Origin: a virus
Taxonomy: Duplodnaviria > Caudoviricetes
Reading direction: 5' to 3' (one strand)
DNA: 64,000 nucleotides
Virus record (IMG/VR): IMGVR_UViG_2837678835_000002
Location: 346-64,345 of that record
The position numbers and the translations under genes were made by a program. Of the stretch, positions 49,533 through 58,155 are shown in pieces (within the stretch, counting starts at the first letter, position 1; the number at the start of each line of letters is the position of its first letter). The notes under the pieces were generated by a model, which searched no databases, was not told where the DNA came from, and saw only the letters and a list, made by a program, of their open reading frames with translations.

Positions 49533-49876
49533 GCGCCTACACCGATTGGGAAGGAGAATTCCTCCTCGAGGACGGCCGCTACCGCGCGACCCTGCCGCTG
49601 CCCTGGGACGTTGGCTGCAAAGGGTCTGGCGTGTCGGTCACGGTGCCCGCGGAATTCCGGCACAATGTTTCTGTGCCGGCGCCGCTCCGCTGGGCGTTCC
49701 CTCCCGACGAGCCTGAGTTTCAGCGCGGAGCGCGTCTCCACGATTTCCTGCTCGCCGCCGGCTGGTCGCCACCCGAGGCCGCCGGCGTCTTCCACGCCGC
49801 TCTGAAGGCTGACGGCGTCTCGAGCTGGCGCCGCCTCTGCATGTTCGTCGGCGTAGCACTTTGGCACTGGCGATAG
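49529..49876 (+). CDS. DUF1353-like protein
   Basis: VTVPAEF...SVP...ARLHDFL...FHAALKADGVS; GTGA overlap. Confidence 0.75.
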   Translation: MSAYTDWEGEFLLEDGRYRATLPLPWDVGCKGSGVSVTVPAEFRHNVSVPAPLRWAFPPDEPEFQRGARLHDFLLAAGWSPPEAAGVFHAALKADGVSSWRRLCMFVGVALWHWR

Positions 49877-49997
49877 AGGATGGCTGAAAGGCACAGCTGA
49901 GCATGCGACGGGGGCAGGCGCCTCGAGCAAATCTCTATGCAAAATAGCAATCCGACGCGTTTCCAATCAAATTGCTTAGGGTTAGAAAAAGTGTGTC

Positions 49998-51617
49998 GTG
50001 AATCCGCGGGGAATGAACATGAAGAGTCGACGGCCGCCGTTGGGAAATGATCTTCAGCGCATCGGCGACATCGGCGAAAACAAATTCAAGGACCTATGCG
50101 ACAAAGCGGGATTGCACTGCAGTAAACCCGTGCCCGATCGGACAGGGAAAGACTGGTTAGTCGAGTTCCCACTGGAGGGCTTCGATATTTTGATGCCTTA
50201 CGACAAACGTCCCGCGGCTAAATGCGTCGTCGTTCAGGTGAAGACCGTCACTTCAACCAAACGCCCCGTCACGATGAAGCTGTCAGCCGCAGAACGTTTG
50301 GCCAAGGATCTGAAGCCTGCCGTCGTGTGCATGATGGTTTACGATCGAGATGAAGGCGAGGTCATTGAAGCGAGGTTTGTGCACATTCTTGGTGACAACC
50401 TCGCGAGCATTCTAAAGCGGCTTCGGAAGGGGCAGAAGCGCATGGAGGACGCGCTTCACAAACTGACAATCGGGTTCGGCGCGGATAAGGGCTTTGAAGT
50501 TCCTCTAACCAAGGAAGGATTCTACGACGCGCTCTCAGCCGTGGCGGCGCCTTCGATGGACCGTTATGCGGCGGAGAAGCAGCGCCAAATTGACACGGTT
50601 GGTTATGGTTTTGACCGGTTAAGCGGCAAGCTTAAATTTTTTGAAATGAGCCGTGAGGATCTCGCCGACGTGTTCCTTGGGATCAAGCAAGTGCCACTAC
50701 GAGAGCTTCAGATTTCCGAAAAGCGCTTCGACATAGAACTGCCCTTCCTCTCAATCTCGGAAAACGTCGAAGGCGCGATGGTCAGCATCGAACCCGAGCC
50801 AGTCACCGAATGCATTTTGTCGACTGTTGATCCAGATAGCCAAGAAATCAAGGCGGTGCCTAGCAAGCTCTACGCTGTTGAAGCCGCAATTTTGGGTGAC
50901 GGACCGGCCGCTCTGTATAGGTGGGCGATGGGGGAAATAAAGGTCGATTTCGCGACCCGGAAACTAACGGTCAAGCTTCAGGTCAAGGCTGATGGCGAAC
51001 GACCAATAGCGGAGTGGTTAAGCGAATTTGGCTTCATCAACGAACTCTTATCTGGAGAACGCGTCGTGACTGCAGCCAGTGACCGAGGGCAGGTCGAGGT
51101 TGGCAAGCTCAATATGAACGGCGTGGATGAGCCGGATTGGTTTCGTCCGGTTCTGCAGATGTTGGAAAAATATGACGGTGTGTTTCGCGAGGCTGGCGGC
51201 TGTCAAACGTCGTTTTCGCTGCAGAGCCTGATCGAAGATCGCAATCGGATGGCGGCGATCTCCCTTATGGACGAAAGAACTCTGCGCGTTGAAGCGAACG
51301 TGTCAGAGATCGATGGTGATATCGGCGAGGAGGGTGTTGCCGGGCTGTTTATCGCAGCCGTGTGTTTGGCGGGACAATGGGTTTCGATAGCTGCGCCGAC
51401 GCGCGTGTGGGGCGAACGTGACAACGACTCTTGGAAGCTGAGAGCATTCTCATGCGCTCGGCCTACAATCGAGCTCCTGCAAAGCGACGACAACGATGAA
51501 TTCCACACTTATGTTGAGCGCTGCAGAAAGCTGAGGGGTGCGGAATGCGTCATCGTCCAAGAACCCGGCAAATTCTTAGCTTCCGAGTGCGTGCTGGTTC
51601 GAACTGACCTTCAATGA
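49998..51617 (+). CDS. PD-(D/E)xK nuclease-fold (DUF4365-like N-terminus) moron protein
   Basis: IGDIGENKFKDLC...PDRTGKDWLVE...VQVKT; lower GC; preceded by its own AT-rich leader. Start 49998 or slightly downstream. Confidence 0.7.
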   Translation: MNPRGMNMKSRRPPLGNDLQRIGDIGENKFKDLCDKAGLHCSKPVPDRTGKDWLVEFPLEGFDILMPYDKRPAAKCVVVQVKTVTSTKRPVTMKLSAAERLAKDLKPAVVCMMVYDRDEGEVIEARFVHILGDNLASILKRLRKGQKRMEDALHKLTIGFGADKGFEVPLTKEGFYDALSAVAAPSMDRYAAEKQRQIDTVGYGFDRLSGKLKFFEMSREDLADVFLGIKQVPLRELQISEKRFDIELPFLSISENVEGAMVSIEPEPVTECILSTVDPDSQEIKAVPSKLYAVEAAILGDGPAALYRWAMGEIKVDFATRKLTVKLQVKADGERPIAEWLSEFGFINELLSGERVVTAASDRGQVEVGKLNMNGVDEPDWFRPVLQMLEKYDGVFREAGGCQTSFSLQSLIEDRNRMAAISLMDERTLRVEANVSEIDGDIGEEGVAGLFIAAVCLAGQWVSIAAPTRVWGERDNDSWKLRAFSCARPTIELLQSDDNDEFHTYVERCRKLRGAECVIVQEPGKFLASECVLVRTDLQ

Positions 51618-51791
51618 GCCGTAGGCGGCGCTAGCACGCACCGCGCTGGTATCTTCTCGACGCCGTCATTGCAGCGCAACTCGTGCGATCGTCAAACCTA
51701 TCGCAGTATGGTCTTTGGCGGCCCGCCATTGGCCTTGCGCGTCACACTTTCGAACATGCTTTGAACGGGCGAAACCCGCCCGGAATTTGAT

Positions 51792-51836
51792 CCCATTTGA
51801 AATGTCGCGTCGTCTCATTTGAAATCGCGCGCTACA
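51792..51836 (-). repeat. Relic second Mu-type right end
   Basis: CATTTGAAAT twice at 22-bp spacing, ending GCGCGCTACA (51827-51836). Confidence 0.65.
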
Positions 51837-51933
51837 TGAGGTTCCTGAAGTGCCTCTTAAGCTATAACCGGGCCGACCCACCTTCAGCAATTATCGGCAG
51901 CCGCTTTGACGGTGTTGTTTGTCTCCCAAACTG

Positions 51934-51980
51934 CCGCCGTTTGATCTTGCGCGGCCCGCCATTTGGTTTTGCGCGCTACA
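51934..51980 (-). repeat. Mu right end (attR) with R2 and R1 sites
   Basis: Reverse strand: TGTAGC-GCGCAAAACCAAATGGCGG (51956-51974) and GCGCAAGATCAAACGGCGG (51934-51952), matching the left-end consensus. Confidence 0.9.
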
Positions 51981-52419
51981 CGACTATTCCGGCGCGTCGC
52001 GGGCCGGCAGGCCGCTGCTCCTGGAAGGCGGCCTCGACTGGAAGACGATGGCGCTGTCGCCGAAGGACATGGACTTCATCGAGGCGAAGAACGGCGCTGC
52101 GCGGGACATCGCGCTCGCCTTCGGGGTGCCGCCCATGCTCGTCGGCATTCCGGGCGACCTCACCTATGCCAACTATGCCGAAGCGAATCGGGCGCTCTAC
52201 CGGCTGACCGTCCTGCCGATCGTCAAGCGCATCCTCGGTGCCCTCGGCGGCTGGCTGGGAAGCCATCTCGGCGAACCGGAGCTGCGGCTTTCGATCGACC
52301 TCGACGCTGTCGAAGGGCTTTCGGCCGAGCGCGAGGCGCTGTGGTCGAGGGTCGGCAGCGCCGACTTCCTGACACGGGACGAGAAGCGGGAGGCCGTCGG
52401 CTATGGCCTCGGGGCTTGA
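51981..52419 (+). pseudogene. GTA portal (g3), 3' part
   Basis: DYSGASRAGRPLLLEGGLDWKTMALSPKDMDF...AFGVPPML...TYANYAEAN...EKREAVGY. Confidence 0.95.
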
Positions 52420-52900
52420 GACGCGCGGTGCCACCGCGGTGGCGGACTTTCGCAACGCGGCGCCATTGCCGCGGGACGGCATGCCGCCGCCGGGACGTTT
52501 CATCGGCTATGCGGCGATCTTCGGTTCGACCGACCTGGCCGGCGACCGGATCGAGCCTGGCGCCTTCGCCGCCTCGCTGATCGGCCGGAGGGCAGGCGAC
52601 GTGCGCATGCTCTGGCAGCACGATCCGGCAAGGCCGATCGGCCGCTGGCTGGAAATCGTGGAGGACCGCACCGGGCTGCGGGTCGCCGGCGAATTCGCCC
52701 TCGACACCAAGGGCGGACGCGAGGCCGCGGCGCTCGCTGCGGCCGGCGCCATCGACGGGCTGTCGATCGGCTTTCGCACCCGCCTGGCGCGGCGCGAGCC
52801 GGGCGGCGCCAGCCGCCGGCTGGTGACCATCGATCTCTGGGAGATTTCGCTCGTCACCTTCCCGATGCAGGAACTGGCCCGGCTCACGGTCGTCGCCTGA
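52403..52900 (+). CDS. GTA prohead protease (g4)
   Basis: FIGYAAIF, MLWQHDP, DGLSIGFR, LWEISLVTFPM. Start uncertain. Confidence 0.92.
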   Translation: MASGLETRGATAVADFRNAAPLPRDGMPPPGRFIGYAAIFGSTDLAGDRIEPGAFAASLIGRRAGDVRMLWQHDPARPIGRWLEIVEDRTGLRVAGEFALDTKGGREAAALAAAGAIDGLSIGFRTRLARREPGGASRRLVTIDLWEISLVTFPMQELARLTVVA

Positions 52901-52941
52901 GGCGCTGCCTTCGATCAATCCGGAAACACAGGAGACAGGAC

Positions 52942-54192
52942 ATGGACGAAACCGCGCTTGCCGGCTTCGAAACGAAGACGGTCACCCCCGAACTCCGCGG
53001 TCTGCAGGACGAGATGCGGCGGACCTTCGAGAGCTTTCGCGAGGCGAACGACACCCGGCTGGACGAACTGGAAAAGCGCATGGGCGGCGACGTCGTCACT
53101 GCCGAGAAGGTGGACAGGATCGCCGCGGCGCTCGACGCCCAGAACCAGCGCATCGAGCGCCTGGCGCTGAAGGAGATGCGCCCGGCGCTCGGTCAGGAGA
53201 GGGCGGTTCGCGGCGAGCCGGCGAGCGAACACAAGAGTGCCTTCGAGCGCTATGTGCGCGGCGGCGACGAGGCGCCGCTCCGCCGCTTCGAGGCAAAGGC
53301 CATGTCCAGCCTGACCGGCGCCGATGGCGGCTTCCTCGTCCCGGACGAGACCGAAACGGAGATCGGCCGGCGGCTCGCGGCGATCTCGCCGATCCGTTCG
53401 ATCGCCGCAGTCAGGACCGTCTCGACGGCGGTCCTGAAAAAGCCCTTCGCGATCTCCGGCGCCGAGAGCGGCTGGGTGAGCGAGACCGCCGACCGCGACC
53501 AGACCGCCGCGCCGCAGCTCGCCGAACTGACCTTCCCGACCATGGAACTCTACGCCATGCCGGCAGCAACGGCGGCGCTGCTCGACGATGCGGCGGTCGA
53601 TATCGACCGCTGGATCGGCGAGGAGGTCGAACAGGCGTTCGCCGCGCAGGAGGGGGCTGCCTTCGTCAATGGCGACGGACTGACCCAGCCGAAGGGCTTC
53701 ATGACCTATCCGAAGGTCGACGAAAGCGCCTGGACATGGGGCAAGGTCGGAACGGTGGCGAGCGGCGAGGACGGCGGCTTTGCCGACGGCGAGGCGGCCG
53801 ATGCGCTGATCGAACTCGTCTATGAGCTGAAGGCGGGCTACCGGCAGAATGCCAGCTTCGTCATGAACCGGCGCAGCCAGGCCGCGGTCCGCAAGCTGAA
53901 GGACAATGACGGCAACTATCTCTGGCTGCCGCCCGCCTCGGCCGGCGCCCGGGCGACGCTGATGGGCTTTCCGCTGGTCGAGGCGGAGGAGATGCCGGAC
54001 ATCGCCACCGGCAACTGCGCCATCGCCTTCGGCGATTTCGCACGGTTCTATCTCGTCGTCGACCGCCAGGGTGTCCGAGTGCTGCGCGATCCCTACACCG
54101 CCAAGCCCTACGTCCTGTTCTATACGACCAAGCGTGTCGGCGGCGGAATCCAGGACTTCGACGCGGCCAAGCTGCTCGACTTCTCGGCCTGA
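52942..54192 (+). CDS. GTA major capsid protein (g5)
   Basis: DGGFLVP, ELYAMPAATAALLDD, LRDPYTAKPYVLFYTTKRVGGG. Confidence 0.96.
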   Translation: MDETALAGFETKTVTPELRGLQDEMRRTFESFREANDTRLDELEKRMGGDVVTAEKVDRIAAALDAQNQRIERLALKEMRPALGQERAVRGEPASEHKSAFERYVRGGDEAPLRRFEAKAMSSLTGADGGFLVPDETETEIGRRLAAISPIRSIAAVRTVSTAVLKKPFAISGAESGWVSETADRDQTAAPQLAELTFPTMELYAMPAATAALLDDAAVDIDRWIGEEVEQAFAAQEGAAFVNGDGLTQPKGFMTYPKVDESAWTWGKVGTVASGEDGGFADGEAADALIELVYELKAGYRQNASFVMNRRSQAAVRKLKDNDGNYLWLPPASAGARATLMGFPLVEAEEMPDIATGNCAIAFGDFARFYLVVDRQGVRVLRDPYTAKPYVLFYTTKRVGGGIQDFDAAKLLDFSA

Positions 54193-54263
54193 GGCTTTCG
54201 GCGGGCGGGTATCGCAGCTGGCCCGGCCGTTGCGGCCGGGCCCATCCATTTCAGGAGACGACG

Positions 54264-54821
54264 ATGACGACGATCGACCTCGGTCTTGCCGCCGAGCCGC
54301 TTTCGCTCGCCGAGGCGAAAGCCTGGGCGCGCATCGAGCGGGACGACGAGGACGCGCTGATCGCCGAACTGATCCGCGCCGCGCGCGAGGCGATCGAGCG
54401 GGAGACCGGGTTGGCGCTGTCCTCCCGCAGTTTCCAGCTCGTCCTCGACCCGGCACCACGGGACGGCTGGGTGGAGGCGACGCGCCATCCGCTCGTCTCG
54501 ATCGACGGCGTCACCGCCTATGATGCAGCGGGCAATCCGGTCGTCTTTGCCGCAGATCAGGCGATCGCCGAGCGGCCCCGCGGCGGCGAGGGCTTCCGGC
54601 TCTCGGCGGCGGTGATCGAACAGGCCGCGAACGGCATCGAGATCGAGCTTTCGGCAGGCTTCGGAGACGCGGACCGCCCGGCCGATCTGATGCTCGCTTT
54701 GAAGGTGATCGTCGCCGCAAGCTACGAGGCGCGGGCGCTCGTCGAGCCCGGTATGCAGCCGGCGCTTCGGCCGGCGCTTGCCGAGCGGCTGATCGCACCT
54801 TACCGGCGGGTGCGGCTCTGA
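54264..54821 (+). CDS. GTA head-tail connector (g6)
   Basis: EPLSLAEAKAWARIE...LIAPYRRVRL. Confidence 0.9.
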   Translation: MTTIDLGLAAEPLSLAEAKAWARIERDDEDALIAELIRAAREAIERETGLALSSRSFQLVLDPAPRDGWVEATRHPLVSIDGVTAYDAAGNPVVFAADQAIAERPRGGEGFRLSAAVIEQAANGIEIELSAGFGDADRPADLMLALKVIVAASYEARALVEPGMQPALRPALAERLIAPYRRVRL

Positions 54822-55153
54822 TGGCGCCGTTGTTTCTCGATCCCGGCCTGTTCAGCCGCCGCGTCGCCCTGGACGAACCCGTGATCGTGCCTGACGGGGC
54901 AGGCGGCGGCGAAACCGGATGGCAGGAGGTTCGCAATCTCTCGGTGCGCATCGAGCCGCTGTCCGTCGAGGCGCGGGAGCGCTTCGACCAGCGCGAGGCG
55001 CTGGTGACGCACCGGGTGCTGTTGCGCAAGACGGTCTCTGTCGAGCGGGGCATGTCGTTCCGCATCGGTGGCCGGCGGCTGGTCATCCTCTCCGTCCACG
55101 ACCCGGACGAGAGCGGGCGCTATCTCGTCTGCCGCTGCGAAGAGGAGCGCTGA
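54821..55153 (+). CDS. GTA head closure protein (g7)
   Basis: DGAGGG...W...THRV...VHDPDESGRYLVCRCEE. Confidence 0.9.
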   Translation: MAPLFLDPGLFSRRVALDEPVIVPDGAGGGETGWQEVRNLSVRIEPLSVEARERFDQREALVTHRVLLRKTVSVERGMSFRIGGRRLVILSVHDPDESGRYLVCRCEEER

Positions 55154-55156
55154 GCG

Positions 55157-55384
55157 ATGCAGCTCAAGGTCGCGGTGAAGCGCGTGAGGCTGGCGGCAAG
55201 CCTCCGCAAGGTCATCGAGGAGGCATTACTCAAACGGGGCAAGCCAGGGCGCGACCGGAACGCCGGCCGGCTTCCCGCGACCTCGCGCCTCGCAAAAGCC
55301 CCTGAAATCGATGCGATTTTCAAAGCCCCGTTCGAAGATGGCGGCGGCTCGCAAGGGTCGGGGACGGCGCAGACGGTAAGGTAG
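55157..55384 (+). CDS. Small hypothetical protein
   Basis: ORF right after g7; no motif. Confidence 0.35.
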   Translation: MQLKVAVKRVRLAASLRKVIEEALLKRGKPGRDRNAGRLPATSRLAKAPEIDAIFKAPFEDGGGSQGSGTAQTVR

Positions 55385-55494
55385 CGAAAAAGTTAAAATC
55401 GCGGCGTTGAACTTGGTGCAGGTCAAACCATTTCCAGTTATGTTTCATCGCAGCAATCATCGTGAACGAGGCATCCTGAACGAGGGCGACGGCG

Positions 55495-55905
55495 ATGGCG
55501 CATCCAAGCACTGACCTGCAGGAATCGATCTTTTCCGCTCTGACCTCCGACCCGTCGCTGACGGCACTGCTCGGCGGGCCGAAAGTCTTCGACCGGCGCC
55601 CGGAGCGGGCGAGCTTTCCCTATCTCACCCTTGGCCGCACGGCGGTGGTCGATTGGTCGACCGGCACCGAGGACGGCGCCGAGCACATCCTGACCCTGCA
55701 TGTCTGGGCGAAGGGCGGCGGCAAGGCCGAGACCTACGAGATCATGGACAAGGTCGCCGGCAAGCTGAACGACGCCGCGCTGCAGCTCGAGGGCCACCAT
55801 CTGGTGAATCTGCGGCTGCAATTTGCCGAGGCGCGGCGGGAGGCGGATTCGTCCGCCTATCACGGCATTCTCAGGTTTCGGGCGGTGACCGAACCGCTGG
55901 CGTGA
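55495..55905 (+). CDS. GTA tail terminator (g8, DUF3168)
   Basis: [19 protein letters not shown]...[11 protein letters not shown]. Confidence 0.92.
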   Translation: MAHPSTDLQESIFSALTSDPSLTALLGGPKVFDRRPERASFPYLTLGRTAVVDWSTGTEDGAEHILTLHVWAKGGGKAETYEIMDKVAGKLNDAALQLEGHHLVNLRLQFAEARREADSSAYHGILRFRAVTEPLA

Positions 55906-55906
55906 C

Positions 55907-56260
55907 GTGGTCAAGCACCGAATCTTCACGACGAGCGTTTCGTCCGTCTATCCTCTCTACGTCGCCAAAGCAGAGAGGAAGGGGCGCGAGAAAGACGAGG
56001 TCGACCAGATTATCCGCTGGCTGACGGGTTACAGCCAGGAAGAGTTGGAGGCCCACCTCCAGGACAAGACGGATTTCGAGACGTTCTTCGCGATTGCTCC
56101 TCAACTCAATCCGAACCGCGCCTTGATCAAGGGCGTGATCTGCGGGGTCCGGGTGGAGGACATCGAGGATCCGACGATGCGGGAAATCCGCTACCTCGAC
56201 AAGCTGGTCGACGAACTTGCGAGAGGGAAGAAGCTGGAGACGATCTTGCGGACGTCGTGA
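55907..56260 (+). CDS. DUF2200-family protein inserted in the GTA cluster
   Basis: [14 protein letters not shown]...[35 protein letters not shown]. Confidence 0.88.
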   Translation: MVKHRIFTTSVSSVYPLYVAKAERKGREKDEVDQIIRWLTGYSQEELEAHLQDKTDFETFFAIAPQLNPNRALIKGVICGVRVEDIEDPTMREIRYLDKLVDELARGKKLETILRTS

Positions 56261-56451
56261 CGCTTCAGAGCTGCTCGTGTTTGCTTCATCTGCGTTGCAG
56301 ACATTCGAGACAGCTCCGTGACACGGCACCGGCAACGCCGCCCGACCCGCTGGAAAAACCGGTGGTGGCCATCCTTGCCGCGGTCGCAAGGAGCGTCCGA
56401 GCTTGGCAATACCGGAAAGGCGTGTTGCCTCGAGTTTCAAGAGAGTTGGTG

Positions 56452-56483
56452 AGGGCGGTCCTTGGGGCCGCCCTTTTTCGTTT
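56452..56483 (+). terminator. Intrinsic terminator upstream of GTA g9
   Basis: AGGGCGGTCC-TTG-GGGCCGCCCT followed by TTTTCGTTT. Confidence 0.75.
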
Positions 56484-56529
56484 GCGGCAGGCGATCGCCG
56501 CCGGTTCGACGCGAGCAAGGGATGGATCG

Positions 56530-56943
56530 ATGAGCGCGCAGAAAGGCAAGGATCTCCTCCTCAAGATCGACGAGGATGGGGACGGCAGCTTCACCACCAT
56601 CGCGGGCCTGCGCAGCCGCCGGATCGCCTTCAACGCCGAGGTCGTCGACGTCACGGACTCCGAGAGCGCCGGGCGATGGCGCGAACTCCTCGGCGGAGCC
56701 GGGGTGCAGCGTGCCTCGCTGTCGGGCTCCGGCATCTTCAAGGATGCGGCGTCGGACGCGGCGTTGCGGCAAGTGTTCTTCGAGTCCCGTGTCGCGGCCT
56801 TTCAGGCGGTGATCCCGGACTTCGGCAGGGTGACCGGCCCGTTCCAGGTGACGGCGCTCGAATATGGCGGCGAGCATGACGGCGAGGTGACCTTCGAGGC
56901 GACGCTGGAATCGGCCGGCGCGCTCTCCTTCGAGGCGATCTGA
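56530..56943 (+). CDS. GTA tail tube (g9, TP901-1 family)
   Basis: MSAQKGKDLLLKI...GRWRELL...LESAGALSF. Confidence 0.95.
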   Translation: MSAQKGKDLLLKIDEDGDGSFTTIAGLRSRRIAFNAEVVDVTDSESAGRWRELLGGAGVQRASLSGSGIFKDAASDAALRQVFFESRVAAFQAVIPDFGRVTGPFQVTALEYGGEHDGEVTFEATLESAGALSFEAI

Positions 56944-56945
56944 CC

Positions 56946-57311
56946 ATGCCGGCGAACCGCAGGCGGGGCGAGGTCTCCGCGATCATCGACGGTCATGAGA
57001 TGAGGCTTTGCCTGACCCTCGGGGCGTTGGCGGAACTCGAGGATGCCTTCGCGGCCGACAATCTCTCCGACCTTGCCGAGCGGTTTCGCGGCGGCAGGCT
57101 GTCGGCGCGGGACCTGACGCGGATCATCGCAGCAGGGCTGCGCGGCACCGGCGCGGAGGTGACCGACGGCGACGTCGCCGCCATGCGCATCGACGGTGGC
57201 GCGGCCGGCGCCGCGGCGCTCGCCGTCGCGCTGCTGACGGCCGCATTCGGCGGCGCAGACGGGGAGGCGGCCGGGACAGGCAACGCAAACCCTTCGCCGG
57301 CGGGGATCTGA
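56946..57311 (+). CDS. GTA tail chaperone (g10)
   Basis: ANRRRGEV...LCLTLGALAELEDAF...RF. Confidence 0.92.
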   Translation: MPANRRRGEVSAIIDGHEMRLCLTLGALAELEDAFAADNLSDLAERFRGGRLSARDLTRIIAAGLRGTGAEVTDGDVAAMRIDGGAAGAAALAVALLTAAFGGADGEAAGTGNANPSPAGI

Positions 57312-57550
57312 GCGGCGACGCTCGAAATCGCCCCCCCAGGGGCGAGGCGGGTGGCCTGGAGCCTGCGGCCTTTCCCTGGGACGAGGCGATGGCCGTCGGC
57401 TTCGGCCTGCTGCGGCTCTCATCCGACGCCTTCTGGAAGCTGACGCCGCGCGAACTGGCGAGCGCCATCGCCCCGGCGCGGGGCCGCGCCGCGCCGTCGC
57501 CTGGGGAGCTCGCCGGGCTGATGCGCCGCTTTCCCGATGCCCGGCGCTGA
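57287..57550 (+). CDS. GTA g10.1 tail chaperone extension
   Basis: FPWDEAMAVGFGLLRLSSDAFWKLTPREL...LMRRFPD. Start unclear; possibly entered by a -1 frameshift. Confidence 0.8.
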   Translation, partial: KPFAGGDLSGDARNRPPRGEAGGLEPAAFPWDEAMAVGFGLLRLSSDAFWKLTPRELASAIAPARGRAAPSPGELAGLMRRFPDARR

Positions 57551-57583
57551 CGCGCCAACATCCTTCCGACACGGGACGAGACC

Positions 57584-58153
57584 ATGGACGAGGACGAGAC
57601 CTTCACCGTCGCGATCGAGGCCGACACCACCAGTCTCGATCGGGCGCTGGCGGACCTTTCCGACCGCGCCGACAGGTTCGGCTCGGCGCTGACGTCGGCC
57701 TTCGCCGGCGCCGTGACCGGCAGCCGGTCCCTCGACAGCGCCCTGAAACAGCTCGCGACGCGGCTTTCGGCGATTGCGCTCGATGCGGCGTTGAAGCCGC
57801 TCGGCGATTTTGCATCGAGCGCCATCGGCCAGCTCTTTTCGGCGGTTGCCGGAGCTGCCGGCGGGGGAGGCGGTGCCGTGATGCCCTTCGCCAAGGGCGG
57901 CGTCGTCGCTGCGCCGAGCTATTTTCCGGCCGGCGGCAGGGTGGGGCTGATGGGCGAGGCGGGGGCGGAAGCGATCCTGCCTCTGTCGCGCGGCGCCGAC
58001 GGCACACTGGGCGTCGCGGCCCCCGCCGGACGGGAGGGACAGACGATCGTCTTCAACGTCACCACGCCTGACGCGCCGAGCTTCAAGCGGGCCGAGGCGC
58101 AGATCCAGGCAATGCTGACCCGGGCGGCAGCGCGCGGGCGCAGGGGCGTCTGA
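57584..58153 (+). CDS. GTA short tape measure protein (g11)
   Basis: PFAKGGVV...GLMGEAGAEAILPLSRGADG...TTPD...RGRRG. Confidence 0.92.
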   Translation: MDEDETFTVAIEADTTSLDRALADLSDRADRFGSALTSAFAGAVTGSRSLDSALKQLATRLSAIALDAALKPLGDFASSAIGQLFSAVAGAAGGGGGAVMPFAKGGVVAAPSYFPAGGRVGLMGEAGAEAILPLSRGADGTLGVAAPAGREGQTIVFNVTTPDAPSFKRAEAQIQAMLTRAAARGRRGV

Positions 58154-58155
58154 CC

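Larger units (their letters stand above)
2810..51980 (+). mobile_element. Complete Mu-like transposable prophage (49,171 bp), non-contractile tail
   Basis: Starts TGTAATACGC, ends GCGCGCTACA, flanked by direct repeat CGACT (2805-2809 and 51981-51985). Contains DDE transposase, B ATPase and Mu-type head genes. Removing it restores portal codons E-S-D-Y-S-G-A. Confidence 0.97.

Noticed and set aside
48700-51980. Mu-type invertible G segment, gin or mom
   Set aside because: No serine recombinase, no flanking inverted sites and no Mom-like ORF seen.
51919-51980. N-terminus of ORF 51919..52419 as a real gene start
   Set aside because: It is the phage right end read in frame into the portal remnant; no RBS evident.
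55463-55484. TGAACGAG direct repeat as a LexA box
   Set aside because: GAAC spacing is 10 nt, not 7.
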